This document shows, in pieces, positions 39,340-53,022 of a DNA stretch of 64,000 nt. The stretch is from positions 67,954,001 to 68,018,000 of the forward strand of contig NW_024704742.1 of the NCBI RefSeq assembly GCF_018977255.1, in the 5' to 3' direction. Both the position numbers and the translations under genes were made by a program. The notes beneath the pieces are model-generated. The model was not told the origin of the DNA, did not search any database, and saw only the letters and a list, made by a program, of their open reading frames with translations. The stretch comes from Callorhinchus milii (lineage: Eukaryota). Every line of letters starts with the position of its first letter. The first letter of the stretch is position 1.

Positions 39340-39400
39340 GGTCACAGGGAGACTCACCAGAGGCTGTGAGCTCCAGAGTTTTATATTGCACGACCAATAT
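39340..39400 (-). promoter_or_regulatory. Putative CD8A core promoter with TATA box
   Basis: TATAAAA on the minus strand at 39385-39379, about 155 bp upstream of the ATG, in repeat-free sequence. Confidence 0.45.
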
Positions 39401-39944
39401 TTACTACTTATTCTATTCCATCTCTCCACAAAACAGGGGATTCTGTTTGACTTCCCAGAATGTGTGAGGAGAGAAAGAGAGAGAGAGAGAGAGAAGAGGA
39501 GGGAGTGTGAGTTGGTGAGAAATAATGTTCACTGAAGAGTTCCAACAGAAAGATTGTGATGGTGTGGATGGAATGAACCTCTGTTTTGGTATTTAATAAC
39601 AAAAGATTAACAAAACGCCAGTGCAGAAAATGACTTAGAACACACAAAGCAATTGGTGGATACCCAAAAGCAGGCTTGAAACAAATAAAATCTCATCTCA
39701 GTTATTTCTATCTATTATTAATAATAATAAACACTGGGAATAAATAATAAAAACAATTGCAATTGCTAATTTATCAAATTTGATAATATATATACAACCT
39801 GGGAGAATTGTACGCAGTCTAAAATACTACAGCCCTGAACAGATAAACTAGTTTTATTCTTGTATGATAAGGTGAGTCCACCTCATTTCTACTCGGGCTA
39901 GATTTACACTATTTACACTATTTACCCTCATACATGCATTCATA

Positions 39945-40543
39945 ACATCGAGGCTTGACTATGCAAACTCATTGCTTGTCGGCCTCTCCAACTCCTCCCT
40001 CCATAGGCTGTAGATCATCCAGAACTCTGCAGCCCATGTCCTCTCCTGCCCCACAATCCGTGACCCTATCACCCCCATCCTCGCCCGACTCCACTGGCTT
40101 CCCATCACTTAGACAATACAGTTCAAGATCCTGGTCCTCATCTTCAAAACCCTCCTTGCTCCCCACTACCTCTGTGACCTCCTAACACCCTACCATCCTG
40201 CTCACTCAACTCCGCTCAGTGTGCTCCAGCCTGCTTCACGTCCCCCGCCTCACCCACCCCACCATTGGCCGGTGGACCTTCTGCCACTCTGCCCCCACCC
40301 TCTGGAACTCCATCCCACAGTCCCTCTGCCTCGCCCCCTCCTTTGCCTCCTTCAAGACCCATCTCAAGATCCTCCTTCTTCGACCGTGCTTTCGATCTCC
40401 CTGCTTTCCCCCCTGTCCTCCACCCTCCCCAATCCCAACCCCCAGCTTGGGTCCGAAACACTGACTGTCCAATGCCTTGGAACTGTCCTCCCAACATGAA
40501 AGATGCTTTCCAAATGTAATTTTGTTGTTATTATTGTTGTTTA
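39945..40543 (+). mobile_element. L2 3' fragment just upstream of CD8A
   Basis: TSRLDYANS-like start, [10 protein letters not shown]2 tail. Confidence 0.85.
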
Positions 40544-43500
40544 ACAACAAGAAATTTTAATTAGATTTAGATTGCCTTCACAAGCGAGAGGACCTGGGTT
40601 CAATTCCCGGGCTGGGCGAAACATTAGGCATATTTCCTTACTCCACATGCCTCTGTTTACCTAGCAGTAGGTAGGAACCTGGTTGCTGGTTGATTGGCGG
40701 ATCATTTTTCTGCTGTGGGCAATTGGCTGCCATGTTTCTCCTACAAAATATACAGTCAATTCACTTTACAGTATATTCTGTGAAGCGCTTTGAGACATCT
40801 TGAAGACTTGATAAAGCGCTATATCAAATGCAAGGATTATTATTATTTATTATAATGTAGTGTTTCTAGATTTGTTACTAGGACAAATCTAAACCCAGGT
40901 GGAATTTCAACCCCTTTTATGCCCCCACCCTCTGGAACTCCATCCAGGAGCCCCTCCACCTCAGCCCCTTCCTTGCCTTCTTCAAGCCTGTCTGAAGACC
41001 TTCCTCTTCAACTGTGCCTTTGTTCATCCTCCTACCCTGCATTCCCCTACCCTGCACCTCTCTTGATTCCAACCCACAGCTTGGATGCAAACCCTTCACT
41101 GTCCAAAACCTTGGGACATCCTCCCGACCTGAAAGGCTCTGTATAAATGCAATTTGTTGTTGTTGAGTGCATCAGTAACCGTGTGTCTGGGGCTTTGGAA
41201 CAATTTGCATTCAGATAGCTACCTGGTACGTTCTCATGTAGAATCTGACTGAGGAAGTAAAACCACAAACCCTTCCATTCGGCGTGTGCTCTTTCAGCGC
41301 CTTGGGACATCCTCCTGACGTGAAAGGCGCTTTCCAAATGTAATGTTGTTCTGGTTGCAAGACCACATTGTTATTGCTGCTGAGCGCATACAGGGGCTAC
41401 ACTATTCAGTAAAAAAAATATAGATTTTTAAAACAAAGTTATCGCAAGACAAAAGCCAGCACGTGTAAACCATCGTTCTAACATTACGGTCATGGAAACG
41501 ACAAATATGGTGATAAGTCTTGGTTAAAGCAATAGGAAATCCGCATTGGTATGGAGTAAATGGTTGTATGAAATCACTAACATTCTCTTTGTTGAGAACA
41601 CGTTGTGGACAAGCCTGTGCCTTTTTATGCAATGTATGACAATGAGGTCTTGCCAATTAAGGCAGATTTTAACTGGGGGGAGAGAGAGACACACACAGAG
41701 AAGAGGGATAAACCACAATCTGTTACAATTTTTTTTGCAGTGTTTTGCTGGGACCTCTTCTGCACACCGTGTAGCAAAACACAATTTGCAGCATTTTGCT
41801 TTCTATATATCATTTTTTTTAATGACACACCGATCTTTGGCTCTCTGCCCCTATAATGTGATTTCACATCGTTTTCTAATTGGGAAGTATATGGATTTAC
41901 ATTGAGATGAACTTTATCATATTTGACGAATTATAATAATCCTTGCATTAGATATAGCATCTTATCACATCATTAAAACGTCTCAAAGCGCTTCACAAAA
42001 TATAATGTAATGTGAATTGACTGTATTTTGTGGGCAAAGTGTGGCAGCCAACTGTTCCCTCGAACAGTTGTGGATTGAATGACCAAATTTTTTAAAAGGG
42101 GATTATCACCCCCATAAAAGGATCCGCCATTTGATTGAAAAACATGTTCCTACGTACTGCTGGGTAAACAGAGGCACGTGGAGTAAGGACACCTGCCTAA
42201 GGTTTCGCCCTGGCCAGGAATCAAACCCGGGTCCTCTTGCTTGCAAGGCGAATGAATGCTCTGTAAGTTGATAAGTAAAATAAATTCGAGCCTCCTTGCG
42301 CAATAGGTGAGCCAGCCTCAACATTTAAAAGTGTAATAATGAACAAAACAGGACCTTGTTTTGACACCAGCCGTGCTTAAGACTCTGTGGAATCAGTATG
42401 GGATTATTATTCAGCACATCATCAGTTCTTTTGAAGTACAGTATTTCAGTTGGCCATTAAAGATCCCATGGCACTATTCAAAACAAGAAGATTTTTGTTC
42501 ACGTTGTTCTGGCCAAGAATCCCCCCAGACAAAATTGGGAATTAATTTTTTGCTGTTTATGGGACACCGCTGTGCGCAAACTGGCTGCCACGTTTCATTC
42601 ACATAAAACACGGGAAATCACTTTATCAGTATTTCCTGTGAAGTGCTTTGACATGATATCTCGAAGATGTGATAAGGCGCTATATCAAATGCAAAGATTA
42701 TTATTATGATGAGAAGTACGGTTGCGAAAGACATAAATTGACTCCAGTCTTTATTTGGTTAGCTGTGAAGCACAGACCGTTGTACATTTATGAATTTAAT
42801 ACAGTACTATTTACATTTATGTAGCACCTTTCACATCAGGAAGATGTTGCTGGGGATGGGAGCTGAGGGGCGATGGAGGAGGGTGGTTGGGTGAGGGGGT
42901 GCGGTTGGGTGGTGGGGGGCGCGGGAGAGCGGAAAGATGGCACACTGACTCTCAAATGGATAGTTTTGACCTAAATTGGCCCTGTAATGATACAGCACTG
43001 ATACAATACACTTTTATGTTACAGTACTGCTTACATTACATTTTATTTAATGATGTCACCAAGGGGGAGTCATGTAGAGGATGAAGAGGAGGGGACCGAG
43101 GACAGAGCCCTGAGGAAAGAAATGAAAATGAAACAATAAAGTGTTTAGAAGACAATGAAACTTTTAAAAACAATATTCTCAGATCAAGCAAAACCCATTC
43201 AGTCTAGTATTTATATTAGTTCTTGAACTACTGTGCAAATGATTTTTTACTTGTATATGAAGTCCTGTAGTGTATTGGTTAGAGCGCTCGCCTCACAAGC
43301 AAGAGGACCTGGGTTTGATTCCCAGGTAAGGAAAAACTTTCGGCAAGTTTCCTTACGCTACACGCCTGTTTACCTATCATAAGTGGGAACCCAGTTGTTA
43401 GGTGATTGGCAGATTGCTTACCAGGGGTAATAATTCTTTTTAAAAAATCACCCAATCCACGACTGTCCGTGGGACACTGTGGTGGCTGCCCACAAAATAT

Positions 43501-44089
43501 ATAGTAAATTCACTTTACAGTAGATTCTGTGAAGAACTTTGAAACGACTGAATGATGTGATGCAAAGAATGTCAATTCAAAGAATATTTGTATTATTATT
43601 AAATGTCCAGGAACTTGGAGCTCATGGTCTAGGCTAACACTCCAGTGCAGTGCTGGTGGACAGCACATTGCCAGTGGTGCCACCTTCAGGTGAAATGTTA
43701 AAGTGAGGCCTTCTCTGTTTCTTCAGATGGATGTTCAAGAACTCATGACACTATTTGAAAAGAGAAAGGTGTTTCTATCAGTGTTCTGACCAGCAATCCT
43801 CCCAATAAATTGGTCTGCCACTCCTTATGGGTCACTGCTGTGTGTAAATTGGTTGCTAAGCTGACCTATAAATACACATTCACTATGTTACAGAAATTTC
43901 TGTGAAGCATTTTGAGACATCTTGACTAGGTAATGCACTTTATCAAATGTAAATCAAATTTTTATTTTAATTCTGTCCAGAAAGGATATTTCTACTGTAG
44001 GAAAGTTTACTTTTCTTAATGATGAAATAGTGTGTGTGCAATTTGGATGTTAAACAATTGTTTGTTTGCTGCCGTGGAAGAAGATCTCC

Positions 44090-45703
44090 CCGCAATCCCT
44101 CTTCATTGCCCTGGAGTCCTCTAATCTCCTTCCCCTCTGGCCCACCTCTCGCAACAACCCACTCACTGCATCCACTCTTCTCCACAGCACCCACTCCACC
44201 ACACTCGCCATCCTTGCCCCCCTCACCTCCTGAATTGCCTCCTATTCTTGATCCTCACCCTGGTTCACCAGCCACCTCCGCTTGCTTAAGGTGTGGGCTG
44301 CCGAATACACTTGGCTCAAATCTGGCCTAACGGTCCACCGCTGCATCTGGCTGGACCTCATGAAAACCTACCGTTCCGCTCTCACCTCTGCCAAATCATC
44401 CTTCTACTCCAGGTTAATCCTGGAGGCGAAAGGCAATCCCAGGCTCCTGTTCTCCACCACTAACCGACTCCTCCGCCCTCCCTGACACGCCTCAAAACAG
44501 CCACTATCATCCCCACCTTGAAGAAACCTTCCCTCGACCCATCATAGCTATCCAGCTACCGGCCCATCTCCAACCTCCCTTTACTATCCAAGGTCCTTGA
44601 GGGAGCCATTGCTTCCCAGCTTCTCTCTTTCCTCTCCTCTCACTCCCTCCTCTTGTGTGGTGTTCCTCAGGGTTCTGTCCTCGGTTCCCTCCTCTACACC
44701 CTCTACATGCTCCGCCTTGGTGACATCATCCGCAGACATGGGGTAAATTTCCACGTATGCGGAAACTCTATCTCTTTGCCTCCACCCTCAACTCCAGGAC
44801 TATTGGCATCCTGACCAACTGCCTGTCCGACATCAAGTCCTGGATGAGGGACAACGTTCTCCAAATCAACATCAGCAAGACTGAGGCCCTCCTGATTGAC
44901 TCGCGCCAGCGCCTCCACACCTCAGGCGCTGGCAGCATCAGCCTCTGCGGCTGCACAGTCAACCTCACTAAGTCAGTCAGGAACCTTGGTATTTTGTTTG
45001 ACCCTGAACTGTCCTTCTTCCCCCACATCTGCGCCATGACCGGCACTGCCTACCACCACCTCTGCAATATTGCCAGACTCTGCCACTGCCTCACCGCTAA
45101 GACTGCCGAAATCCTCACCCATACATTCGTCACCTCAAGGCTTGATAATGGGAACTTCCTCCTCATCGGCCTTCCCAACTCTTCCCTTCACAAGCTGCAG
45201 ATCATCCAAAACTCTCAACCACCAGGCTCCGTGACTCCATCACTCCCACCCTCGCCCGACTCAACTGGCTCCCCATCCCTCAGAGGATCAAGTTCAAGAT
45301 CCTCGTCCTCACCTTTAAGGCCACCCATGGCCTTGCCCCCTCCTACCTCTCTGACCTGCTGACTCCCTACGAGCCTGTCCGCTCCCTCCATTCATCGGGC
45401 TCCGGCCTGTTCCATGTCTCCCGCCCGACCCACCCTACCATTGGTGGCCGGGCTTTCAGCCTCTCTGCCCCCACGCTCTGGAACTCCAGCCCACAGTCTC
45501 TTCACCTCACTTTCTCCCTTGCTTCCTTCAAGGCCGGTCTGAAGACCCTTCTCTTTGACCGTGTCTTTGGTCTCCCTCCCACCTCTCTGCCGTCCCTCAC
45601 CCCTACACCACCCCTCCCCCATGCTAGGACCCGACATCTGACTGTTCAGCGCTTTGGGACGTCCTCCCGACATGAAAGATGCTCTATAAATGTAATTTTG
45701 TTT
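44090..45703 (+). mobile_element. L2 LINE 3' portion with internal deletions
   Basis: [40 protein letters not shown] and LQIIQN motifs, plus the 3' tail GGGACGTCCTCCCGAC..TATAAATG. Confidence 0.92.
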
Positions 45704-45704
45704 G

Positions 45705-46032
45705 TGGAGTCCTGTAGCTCAGTGGTTAAAGCACTCGCTTTGCAAGTGAGAGACCTGAGTTCAATTCCAGGCAGGACGAAACGTTGGGCAAGTTTCCTTA
45801 CTCCACACAGAGCCTAATAATAATCCCTCCAAAAAAAACAAAACTATAATAAAAATTGGTCATTTTCAATCTATATGACTGTTTGTGGGACATTGCTGTG
45901 CGCAATTGGCTGCCGCGTTCGCCCACAAATATACAGTCAATTCACTTTACAGTGTGTTCTGTGAAGCGCTTTGGGACGTCCTCCCGACGCGAAAAGCGCT
46001 ATATCAATTACAAGGATTATTATTATTATTAT
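45705..46032 (+). mobile_element. Full-length young SINE, short subfamily: tRNA-Ala-like head, Deu-like body, L2-like tail, (TTA)n
   Basis: A box TAGCTCAGTGG, TTTGCAA loop, B box GAGTTCAATTCC; body TGTTTGTGGGACATTGCTGTGCGCAATTGGCTGCCGCG; near-identical to copies at 585-908 and 2710-3031. Confidence 0.9.
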
Positions 46033-49000
46033 TAATTTAGGTATTGATCAGTTATATACCCTTGGGAGCACAGCAAGCAGCGGGGAATCATCTGATTTGA
46101 GTCTCAATGATTTAGACTAAATTCTCTATTTTATAGCTGATTGATTATTGGTGATTGTGGATCACAGACCAATCAAATAACACATACAGCCTTTGGTTAA
46201 AACTCATAGGCCTGAGCAGGGTTCAGATGGCTGGATGTCTCAGCGAAGAATGCCAACCAAAATATTTTCCTTCAACATCCTCCATTTCTCCTTATCAGAG
46301 AGCCATTAAACAATGCCAAGGCCATGGTATTTTTCTGCATTTCTGCAGATAATATTTTATGTAAACTCTTTCCCCATATTAGCTACTTTAAAGCTGTTTC
46401 AAAAATATTTAAGGTCAGATAGTAGTAAAATCTACTGTAAAGTTCGCTCCGCTGGGTCTAGCCTCCTCCTTGTCCCCCGAATCCTCCGATCCACCATCAA
46501 CGGCCGTGCCTTCAGCCACTATGCTCCAAGGCTCTGGAACTCCCTTCCTCACTCCCTTCGTCTTGCTCCCTCTCTTCCTATTTCCGGTCTCTGCTGAACT
46601 TTCTTTTCGACCGTGCCTTTGGTCACCTTCCTCCCCCTCCCCCCGGTTCGGTCCTGAGATCCGTTACTGTGAAGCGCTCTGAGACGCCGTCCGGCGTGGA
46701 GGGCACTATATAAATCCAAGTTGTTGTTGTTGTGAGGTTAAGATTATATCGAGGAACGTAAAGAGAAGGTTGTCAGAGTGTGGAATGACCTGTCTGGAGT
46801 GACTGTCAGAGCAGAGTCGTATTTAAAAGGAATTAGATAAACACATGTGGAAGGAATGGAAGAAGTGTATTAGAGGATATGGGGAAAGAGCAGAGAATTG
46901 GGATTAGGTTAGGTGGCTTCATTGGAGAACTATCCCCCTAGGGAGGGGGAGGGAGGAAGGGAGGTGGGGTCTTCTTGGAGCTGAACAGGCTCCAAAGTGA
47001 CATGCTTGACCTTATGGTTATAATAGTAATAATAATAATAATCTTTGCATTTGATATAGCGCATTATCACGTCTTTGAGATAAGTTACGTATTAAAGCAT
47101 TCTTCAGTAAACAGGTCCCCACTCTGAACAATAAGACGCAGTGATGCACTATCAGCACTAGATGGCAACCCCCCACAAGATCTAATAATCCTTGCATTTG
47201 ATACAACGCCTTTTCACATCAATGAGACGTCTCAAAGCGCTTCACAGAATGCACTGTAAAGTGAATTGACTGTGTATTTTGTGTGTGTTCCGTCTGCTTC
47301 TTGTTCAGGTGGCCCTTAAACATCCCACTGGACTATTTGAAAAGTGAAGGGAGTTTTACCCGGTATCCCGGCCAACAAATCCCCCAAATAAAATTGGTCA
47401 TTCACTTTATGGCTGTTTCGCCCATAAAGTATACAGTCAATCCACTTTACAGTATATCCTGTGAAGCACTTTGAGATGCCTCAATGACATGGTTAGGCGA
47501 TATATCAAATGCTAGGATTATTATTATTTGGAGCCCTGTAGTGTATTACGTAGACCTTAGTGGCTAGAGCACTCACCTCGCAAGTGAGAGGACTCAGGTT
47601 CGATTCCCAAGCAGGGCGAAACCTAAGGCTAGTTTCCTTACTCCAAACGCCTCTGTTTACCTGGTAGTAAGTAGGAACCCGGTCGTAAATCAATTGGCAG
47701 ATCACTTTTCCAGGAGTAATAATCCCTTCAAAAAAAAATAATATTTGGTCAATCAATCCACGACTGTTTGTGGGACGCTGCTGTGCACCATTGGCTGCTG
47801 CATCTCGCCCACAAAATACAGTCAATTTACTTTGCAGTATATCCTGTGAAGCTCTTTGAAACATCTCGATGACATGATAAGGCGCTATAGCAAATGCAAG
47901 GATTATTATTTATTATTATTATTTTAGCTTTTGTTTCATCCTGTTGTTTCATTGTCATCCCTCAACCTGAAAGGCACTATAGAAACGTAGATTTGAATGG
48001 TATTGTATCATTGGTGGTGCTGTCCATCAGATGAGATGTTAAACCAAGGTCCCCACACACCTGCCTGTGCAGGTGGATGTTAAAGATCCCATGACACTAT
48101 TCAAAAAGAGAAGGGAGTTTCTCGCTGTGCAATGACCAACATTCTTTGAGGTTAAAAACAACTGCTCATTATGGCTATTTGTTGGCTGATGCTGCACACA
48201 ATTCTCTGTTGCTTTTGCCAACAAATAGACAGACATTTTAAGGCAATGAGAACCCGTAACTTGGCTATGGACCTATTGGAGCTGGAAGTCAAGCCAACCA
48301 GTGGACATGCTGACAATGGGCTCCTCCACACCGCAGTCATCTACAATTTGCAGCCACGTTACAAAATTGTTAATGTTAAAGCCTTGTCACCTGGTGTATA
48401 ATCAGGAGAACCGGTGCAGTTGAGCTAAAGTATAACAGCTACAAACTCATTAATCTCATACCTCTCAAATGGACAATTTTAACCTAAATTGAGCCTGTAA
48501 TGATAATAATAATAATCCTTGCATTTCATATAGTGCTTTTCACGTCTTCTCAACATCTCAAAGCGCTTCACAGAATAGACTGTAAAGTGAATTGACCATA
48601 TATTTGTGGGCGAAACGCAGCAGCCAATTGCGCAAAGCAGTGTCCCACAAATACTCATGGATTGAAAATGACCAATTTATTATTGTTTTGTTTTGGAGGG
48701 ATTATTATTAGGCGTGTGGAGTAAGGAAACTTTCCCAAGGTTTCGCCCGCCTGGAATGACAAATCCCTTTGATATAGAAAAATACAAAGCCAATTCACTT
48801 TACAGCATATCCTGTGAAGCGCTTTGAGACAACTCAAAGCGTGATAATGTGCTATATCAAATGCAGGGATTATTATTATTATAATAAAAAACTATAAAAT
48901 TTCTGAATTTAGCTTCTTATGAATACTTTTATGGAAATATGTTAAGGAGCATTCCCCAGCTAATATAATGCGCCCAGGAGCGAGACACAAGTATGTGTGT

Positions 49001-52000
49001 CAGCATTTGTGAGAGGACTTGAAAGAAGAAGAAGAATCCTTGCATTTGATATAGCGCCTTATCATGTCATCGAGAAACCTCAAAGAGCTTCACAAGATAT
49101 ACAGGATATATTTTGTGGGTGAAACAAGAAGTTGTCAATCATCCTTATTAATGTCCTAAATTAAAATATCCGGGTCAAATGAATAATAATAATCCTTGCA
49201 TTTGATATAGCGCCTTATCACATCTTCAAGATGTCTCAAAGCCTTTCACAGAATATACTGTAAAGTGAATTGACGGTGTATTTTGTGGGCGAAACACGGT
49301 ATCCAATTGCGCCCAGCAGTGTCACACAAACAGTTGTGGATTGAGTGACCAATTTATTTATTTATTTATTTATTTTGAAGGGATTATTATCCCCGGAAAA
49401 GTGATCCACCAATCGACTAACAACAAGTTCCTACTTACTGTTAGGTAAATAGGCATTTGGAGTAAGAAAACTTGCACAAAGTTTCGCTTGGGATCTAAGA
49501 GTAACAATAATAATATTTGGTTTACTGCTATCAAGTCAGAAGGATATCCCAAAGTGCTTCACAAGATATACTGTGAAATGTAGTAACTGGGATTGCCATC
49601 TTGTGCTGATAGTGCATCACTATACTGTTTTTTATTTGTGGGTAAACATTGCAGCCAATTTGCACAAAGCAAAGTGCCACAAACAGCCATGGAGCGAACA
49701 ACCAATTTTATTTGGAGATTGTTGGGAGATAAACCCCCTTCTAATAGTACCATGAGATCTTTAACGTCCACCTGAACCAGGGTCTCAGTTTAATGTCTTA
49801 TCCGAAAGATGGCATCTTCAAATATACAGCACTCCCCCAGCACTGCATTGGAGTGTCAACTGGACATAGTTGATGGGTGAAATGGTTTCCTCCTGCTTCT
49901 ATACTCCGTATATATTTTAGCTTATTTACCTTCAAGAAAATCATTAATTCCTCATGTACCTTGCTTTATCGTCTCCATATGTTGAATTTCAAATGGTTTG
50001 TCTATTGCGGTTCAGGTTTCGAATGTTCCTCTTGTGCCCCCATCATTACTTTCAGCATCTCTGACTTTGCTCTGCAATTTCGTACAAGACTCACTTTCGA
50101 AACACCCACCTCTCTCCGCACTTCACTGTATCATCTCACACTTTTTTTTGTTTTTCTTTTATGCTTCCTCTAACCTCCTCATCTTAGCCACACAATCCAG
50201 TTGTGAGGCTGAGGTTTTGATAACAGCATCTTGCCTTTCTATGGTTCAGTACCATCTACCAGCTCGCTGTGTAAAGCACTTTGAGATGTCCTCCCGAGGT
50301 AAAAGGCACTAGATAAATGTTAAATTGCAGTGCAAATTGGATTGTATTTACAGTAAACACAAGGAAGCACGTTGAGCCATCCTCCCGACATGAAACATGC
50401 TAGATCGAATATCCTTAATATTCAGCTGATCGAGCATCAATCACCAGTTGTGATATTGAACTCTACAACTCACTGAAGAAATCCATTCTATTCTCTCTCT
50501 CTCTCTCCCCTTCTCCCCGTCACAACCTTCTAAAATAAAATACTGAAGTCCTCCTGATGTGAAAGGAGCTATAGCAAAATGTATGAATTATTATTATTTA
50601 TTATTATTATTAATAAAGCTTAATTTCAAAACAATTCCTACCTTGCCCTCTTATCTGCAAATTGGAATTCTCATTCTCCGTTAGGCTGATACATGCCTCC
50701 TGAGTTAGGCCACCTGGTTCCTCAGCACAACTCAATTGAGAAGCAGCAATAGAGTAAAGTGGGCCTCCCCACCTTGTAATACAGTAGATGAGATAGCTGG
50801 GATTTCAAGTGAAACATGCTTGAGATGTCTCGATGATGTGATAAGGCACTACTCATCAAATGCAAAGATTATTATTATTATTTGTAGAAGATTAATGTGT
50901 GTCTGACACGTTGAATAAATCAGCCTGAGTGTGTTCTAATGCACTAACAGCGTGCATGATGGAAATATCACTTTTTTTTTACAATTTGCATACAGATATT
51001 TGCTGACAAATAGCAAGAAAACATGAGAAGGTTATCGGGTCACTTATCACCTACACTGTGGCTGAAGGGACGGCCTTTCAAAGGCATCAGCCACCATCAT
51101 CGTGGCATTTCCGATCAACCCAGTGCTCTGATGTTGGACCTGACCACAGGCACAAAAATCTCATTAGAGAGGAACTGGGGTTGCGAGATGAAGGATTCCT
51201 CTGCGCCGAATGAAACCCCAGTGATGTCTCTTCACAGAATGTGGTCAGACAGCGTGATCATCACCACATCTATACTTCCTGTTCATTTTCTTTCTTTCTC
51301 TCTCTGTGAAGGCAAGACTGCAACATTTGGGCTGTTAGTTCAATGAGATGATCAATCGGAGCTAATCAGCAGTCATATCAATGATGTCCATCTGAGTATT
51401 TTAATCGTTGGTAATATGTTATAAACGGTGAATCAAAAGACCTTGAGGTCTACATGAATTGTCCAAACTCCATGCCATGTACACATTTGCAGTTTTTTAT
51501 TTGTTGTGCGCAATTGGCTGCCGCATTTCGCCCACAAAATACACAGTCAATCCACTTTATCCTGTGAAGAGCTTTGAGATGTTTCAACGACATGATAAGA
51601 CGCTATATCAAAATGCAAGGATTATTTTATTTTGTTGGCAGACAAGGTATAACACATTATACATATTATCACACACATCAACTCGGTGACAAATATTTTC
51701 ACGAATGTGGTGAAAGACAACTCCTTTAACAACTGCATGCTCTCTATGGATGTTGTCTTAAAAAATATAAAATTAATAATAAAAAATCTCTATTAGTAAG
51801 GACTTCTGTGTATCTGTAATTAAAATAAAATCTCCTTCTACCCCGTATCACAGGCGCCACGTGTTATTATAGACTTTGACCTTTTTATAGGGGGTTTCTG
51901 GTGAGACAGAGCTCAGTGAGGGAGGTGGGGAGGTCTCGCCGTGACCAAATCTGCAATGGAAACCCCAGAACATCCCAGTCGCTGGCAAGAAAACCTAAGA

Positions 52001-52633
52001 AAACAATGAGTGGGCCAGGGTGCTTTCCCTATCACAACAGATGCCATTTCAATTGGGCTAGAGGCACGAATTTCAAGCGATCTTTGTTTTTTTCTTCTAT
52101 TTATTGGAGATTTAGTCAGTGCGGGTGTGGATTCCACTCATGCAACAGGTCTTTGTGCAAATGGTTCTCTGGTTGAACAGGAAAAATAGTGATTCTTATA
52201 AAACTGAGCAACTGAGGAGAAGGACTGGGATCTACAGTAGAAGACATCTCCTCGGCTGGATGCAGAAGACGACATGACAATATGTGCGTCAGCCTGGCCC
52301 AGTTGGTATCACTCTCGCCTCTGAGTCAAAAGGTTGTGGGTTCAAGCCTCAGGTTGGGACTTGGAATCACATAGTCTAGGATGACACTCCAACGCAGTGC
52401 TGGGGGTGGATGCTACATTGTTGGAGGTGCCATCCTTCAGATGAATCGTTTAACTTCCACTACTGATCCACCCCACACACACTGTGCATCCTGGCTGAAG
52501 CTTTCACTGATGAATTACACAGTTTTGTTGTAAGAAAAGACCATGCTCGCACTGGACAGCTGCAGGAGATGTGATTTCATTGGATCTTTGAGAAGCTGCT
52601 GAGGTCAGTCAATAACCTCTGCCTGGTGCTGGT

Positions 52634-53022
52634 GTGTCAGCCTGGCTCAGTGGTAGCACTCTCACCTCGGAGTCAAATGGTGGTGGGTTCAAGCCACACA
52701 TTGGAACTTGGAGCTCATGTAGTCTAAGCTGACACTACAATGTAGTGTTACATTGTCACACATGCCGTCCATTGGATAAGAAGTTAAACCGAGGTCCCAT
52801 CTGCCTGGTCAGGTAGACCTTAAATATCCCATGGCGCTATTCAAAATGAGAAAGGAGATCCTCTCTACCAATATCCTGGCCAACAATCCTCAAAGTAAAA
52901 TTGAAAATTGTTGCTTGTTTGTCTCCAAAAATACATTCTGTACAATTTACAATAAATCCTGCGGAACACTTTGAGATGTCCTCTTGATGTGAAAGGCATT
53001 ATACCAAATGCAAGTATTATTA
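52634..53022 (+). mobile_element. Older SacSINE1-like Deu-domain SINE; other copies at about 17190-17590-, 52286-52455+, 62500-62825-, 43610-43955+, and one split across 22530-22925 and 23930-24020-
   Basis: Head TGTCAGCCTGGCTCAGTGGTAGCACTCTC.CCTC.GAGTCA and core TTAAACCGAGG.CCC.TCTGCC...CAGGTGGA..TTAAAGATCCCATGGCACTATT; family name is from recall, not a search. Confidence 0.75.

Noticed and set aside
39351..39360. Non-coding first exon of CD8A ending at CTG|gtgagt
   Set aside because: The donor is only about 20 bp from the putative TATA box, leaving no room for an exon if that TATA is used; unresolved without cDNA.
45705..45780. tRNA-Ala gene (and similar heads elsewhere)
   Set aside because: No proper acceptor stem; each head continues into a SINE body and LINE-like tail.
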